Shown here: positions 62,621 to 64,000 of the stretch, one piece after another
How positions within the stretch are numbered: position 1 is the stretch's first letter
How the letters are laid out: each line of letters starts with the position of its first letter
DNA from: a virus
DNA: 64,000 nt
Direction: 5' to 3' (one strand)
IMG/VR virus record: IMGVR_UViG_3300048577_000544
Location: 472 to 64,471 of that record
Position numbers and translations under genes: made by a program
The notes under the pieces: generated by a model
The model's input: the letters and a program-made list of their open reading frames with translations, nothing else
Told to the model about the DNA's origin: nothing
The model's database searches: none

Positions 62621-64000
62621 TTTGTCCAGCCCTCCGTCTCAATCCATTCGGTCTCCACTGCGTCGAAGACGCGTACCGCCTCGGCGCGCAGCGCCTCCGG
62701 GAATTCTTCCGGGAACTCGAACCGCAGCCCATGCAACCGCACACCCGCCGCTGCATGCCGCGCCAAAAACGCTTCCAGCTCCCGCACCTTTTCCGTCTCC
62801 ACCGCTCCAACCAGAAAATCCCCCGCCCCCCAAACAAGAGGCAGTCCAGGCGATGCATGTCCCGACGTCCCCGGATCGGGCGCGGAAAGCGTCGGCGATT
62901 TGACAGGTGGCAGCGTAAAGACCGGCGGCAACCCGGCCATGATCCAGGCGGCCAGATCCACGCCGGCAATGACCGCATCGCCCGGGTCCTTGCCATCAGG
63001 TGTCGGCCAGCGTTCCGCTCGGGGAAAGACACGGCGCCAACACCAGGCATCAGGGCGAGCCTTGGGGCGCAACCGCGCATCCCACGCCGCAGCACCGGCT
63101 TTGTCGAAGTCGAGCGCCACCAGGATATGTAGGGCTTTTTGCAGCGCGATCATGGCCGGCGCATCCGGGCGCGTGCTGGACGATCCAAGGGCGAGCACCC
63201 CCACACAGTCCGGGGCGGCAGCAGCCACGGCCATGGCGTCAAGCTCGGCCTCGACCACCACGATGACCGGCGCGGTCGGCCGAATGAGGAGCTGCTCCAT
63301 ACTGGAGCCGGGGACGATATAGTACCGGGTGTTTTGGAGTGCCTCCGGCCCGGACTCCGGATGCGGCCGTCGAATACGAAGGCGCTCGACGACACGATTC
63401 TTGACGAGTGGCACCGTCAGCCCTATCGGCAACCAAAGCGGTTTGGGTTTGTCGGTCTTCATATTGATCTTTTCAGGGAGTCCCCAGGCCACTCGATCGC
63501 GGTAGCAATCCTTGCCGTTGTCGCCGACATTATAGCCAAGACCAAACCGCTTCACCGTAACAACGTCTATCCCGCGCCCCGACAACCATTCGAGTAGCTC
63601 GGTATCTGCCACGAGCGCTTCGTGGCATCTCTTGGCAAACTCGGTTGACTTGGTCGCCCATTGCTCCGGAGGTGAAACAGGATGAACCGGCGTCGCCTCG
63701 GGCCGTCCCACCCTGTCGGCCTGTGCCCTGGGCAAGCCCATACGCCGCACACTGACGGCCGGCGGCCGGCCGACATGCCTGGCTGCCTCGGGGAAACTCA
63801 TGCCTAAAAAATCCATGCAGAACTGGACGGCATCCCCTCCACGATCGCATCCCCGGCACCAGTAGCTGCCCTCGCCGCCCTTCTGATCAGGCCAGACATG
63901 GAACCGATCCTCGCCACCGCAGGAAGGGCACGGTCCTTGGTATTCATCCCCCCGCTTAGGCGAGGAGCCTATCTTTTTGAGGATGATGCCAGCGCCGGCT
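62617..64000 (-). CDS. DNA primase (CHC2 zinc finger + TOPRIM), 5' partial
   Basis: Frame open to the window end: GPCPSCGGEDRF..YWCRGC...GDA..F; VVEAELDA, VALDFD.AG. Confidence 0.88.
   Translation of the reverse strand, partial: AGAGIILKKIGSSPKRGDEYQGPCPSCGGEDRFHVWPDQKGGEGSYWCRGCDRGGDAVQFCMDFLGMSFPEAARHVGRPPAVSVRRMGLPRAQADRVGRPEATPVHPVSPPEQWATKSTEFAKRCHEALVADTELLEWLSGRGIDVVTVKRFGLGYNVGDNGKDCYRDRVAWGLPEKINMKTDKPKPLWLPIGLTVPLVKNRVVERLRIRRPHPESGPEALQNTRYYIVPGSSMEQLLIRPTAPVIVVVEAELDAMAVAAAAPDCVGVLALGSSSTRPDAPAMIALQKALHILVALDFDKAGAAAWDARLRPKARPDAWCWRRVFPRAERWPTPDGKDPGDAVIAGVDLAAWIMAGLPPVFTLPPVKSPTLSAPDPGTSGHASPGLPLVWGAGDFLVGAVETEKVRELEAFLARHAAAGVRLHGLRFEFPEEFPEALRAEAVRVFDAVETEWIETEGWTK

Larger units (their letters stand above)
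24398..64000 (-). mobile_element. Temperate siphovirus prophage (lambda-type portal and gpA terminase), extends beyond the window
   Basis: att, int, xis, cI/cro/cII, tape measure, tail tube with no sheath, capsid, portal, terminase, primase. Confidence 0.95.

Noticed and set aside
24520-64000. Long + strand ORFs over the prophage (e.g. 27110-28771, 44453-45970, 56492-57826)
   Set aside because: Antisense shadows of GC-rich - strand genes; no motifs or RBS.

Overview
The window contains no housekeeping genes. It consists of two adjacent mobile elements, probably from a GC-rich Desulfovibrionaceae-type deltaproteobacterium (inference from composition and protein families). They are joined at a 3' fragment of a tRNA-Thr(CGT) gene (24398-24442, - strand) that behaves as an att site. 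LEFT (1 to ~24400): a satellite/PICI-like island. Its core is a P4-type tyrosine integrase, an AlpA/Xis-like protein, an AEP primase-helicase followed by an iteron origin, a Mor-family activator and a terminase small subunit, with no capsid, portal or TerL. Its cargo is a 5-kb tail-fibre-like module containing a LapG-like cysteine protease, a nested serine-recombinase mini-element, exported nucleases, and a complete convergent LuxR/LuxI quorum-sensing pair. RIGHT (24398 to >64000): a lambda-portal/gpA-terminase siphovirus prophage, almost entirely on the - strand. It carries int/xis, an early operon with a beta-clamp homologue, cII/cro/cI, head, lysis and tail genes. It also has a clear diversity-generating retroelement (RT, 117-bp TR, VR with 12 of 13 mismatches at adenines) targeting a tail-fibre adhesin. 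This DGR lacks avd and instead has a small beta-rich ORF overlapping the RT 3' end. The most interesting hypotheses are a quorum-sensing island beside a prophage whose CI seems to lack autocleavage residues, an Avd-less DGR, and a satellite carrying its own adsorption/protease tail module. All family assignments come from motif recognition; no database searches were run.
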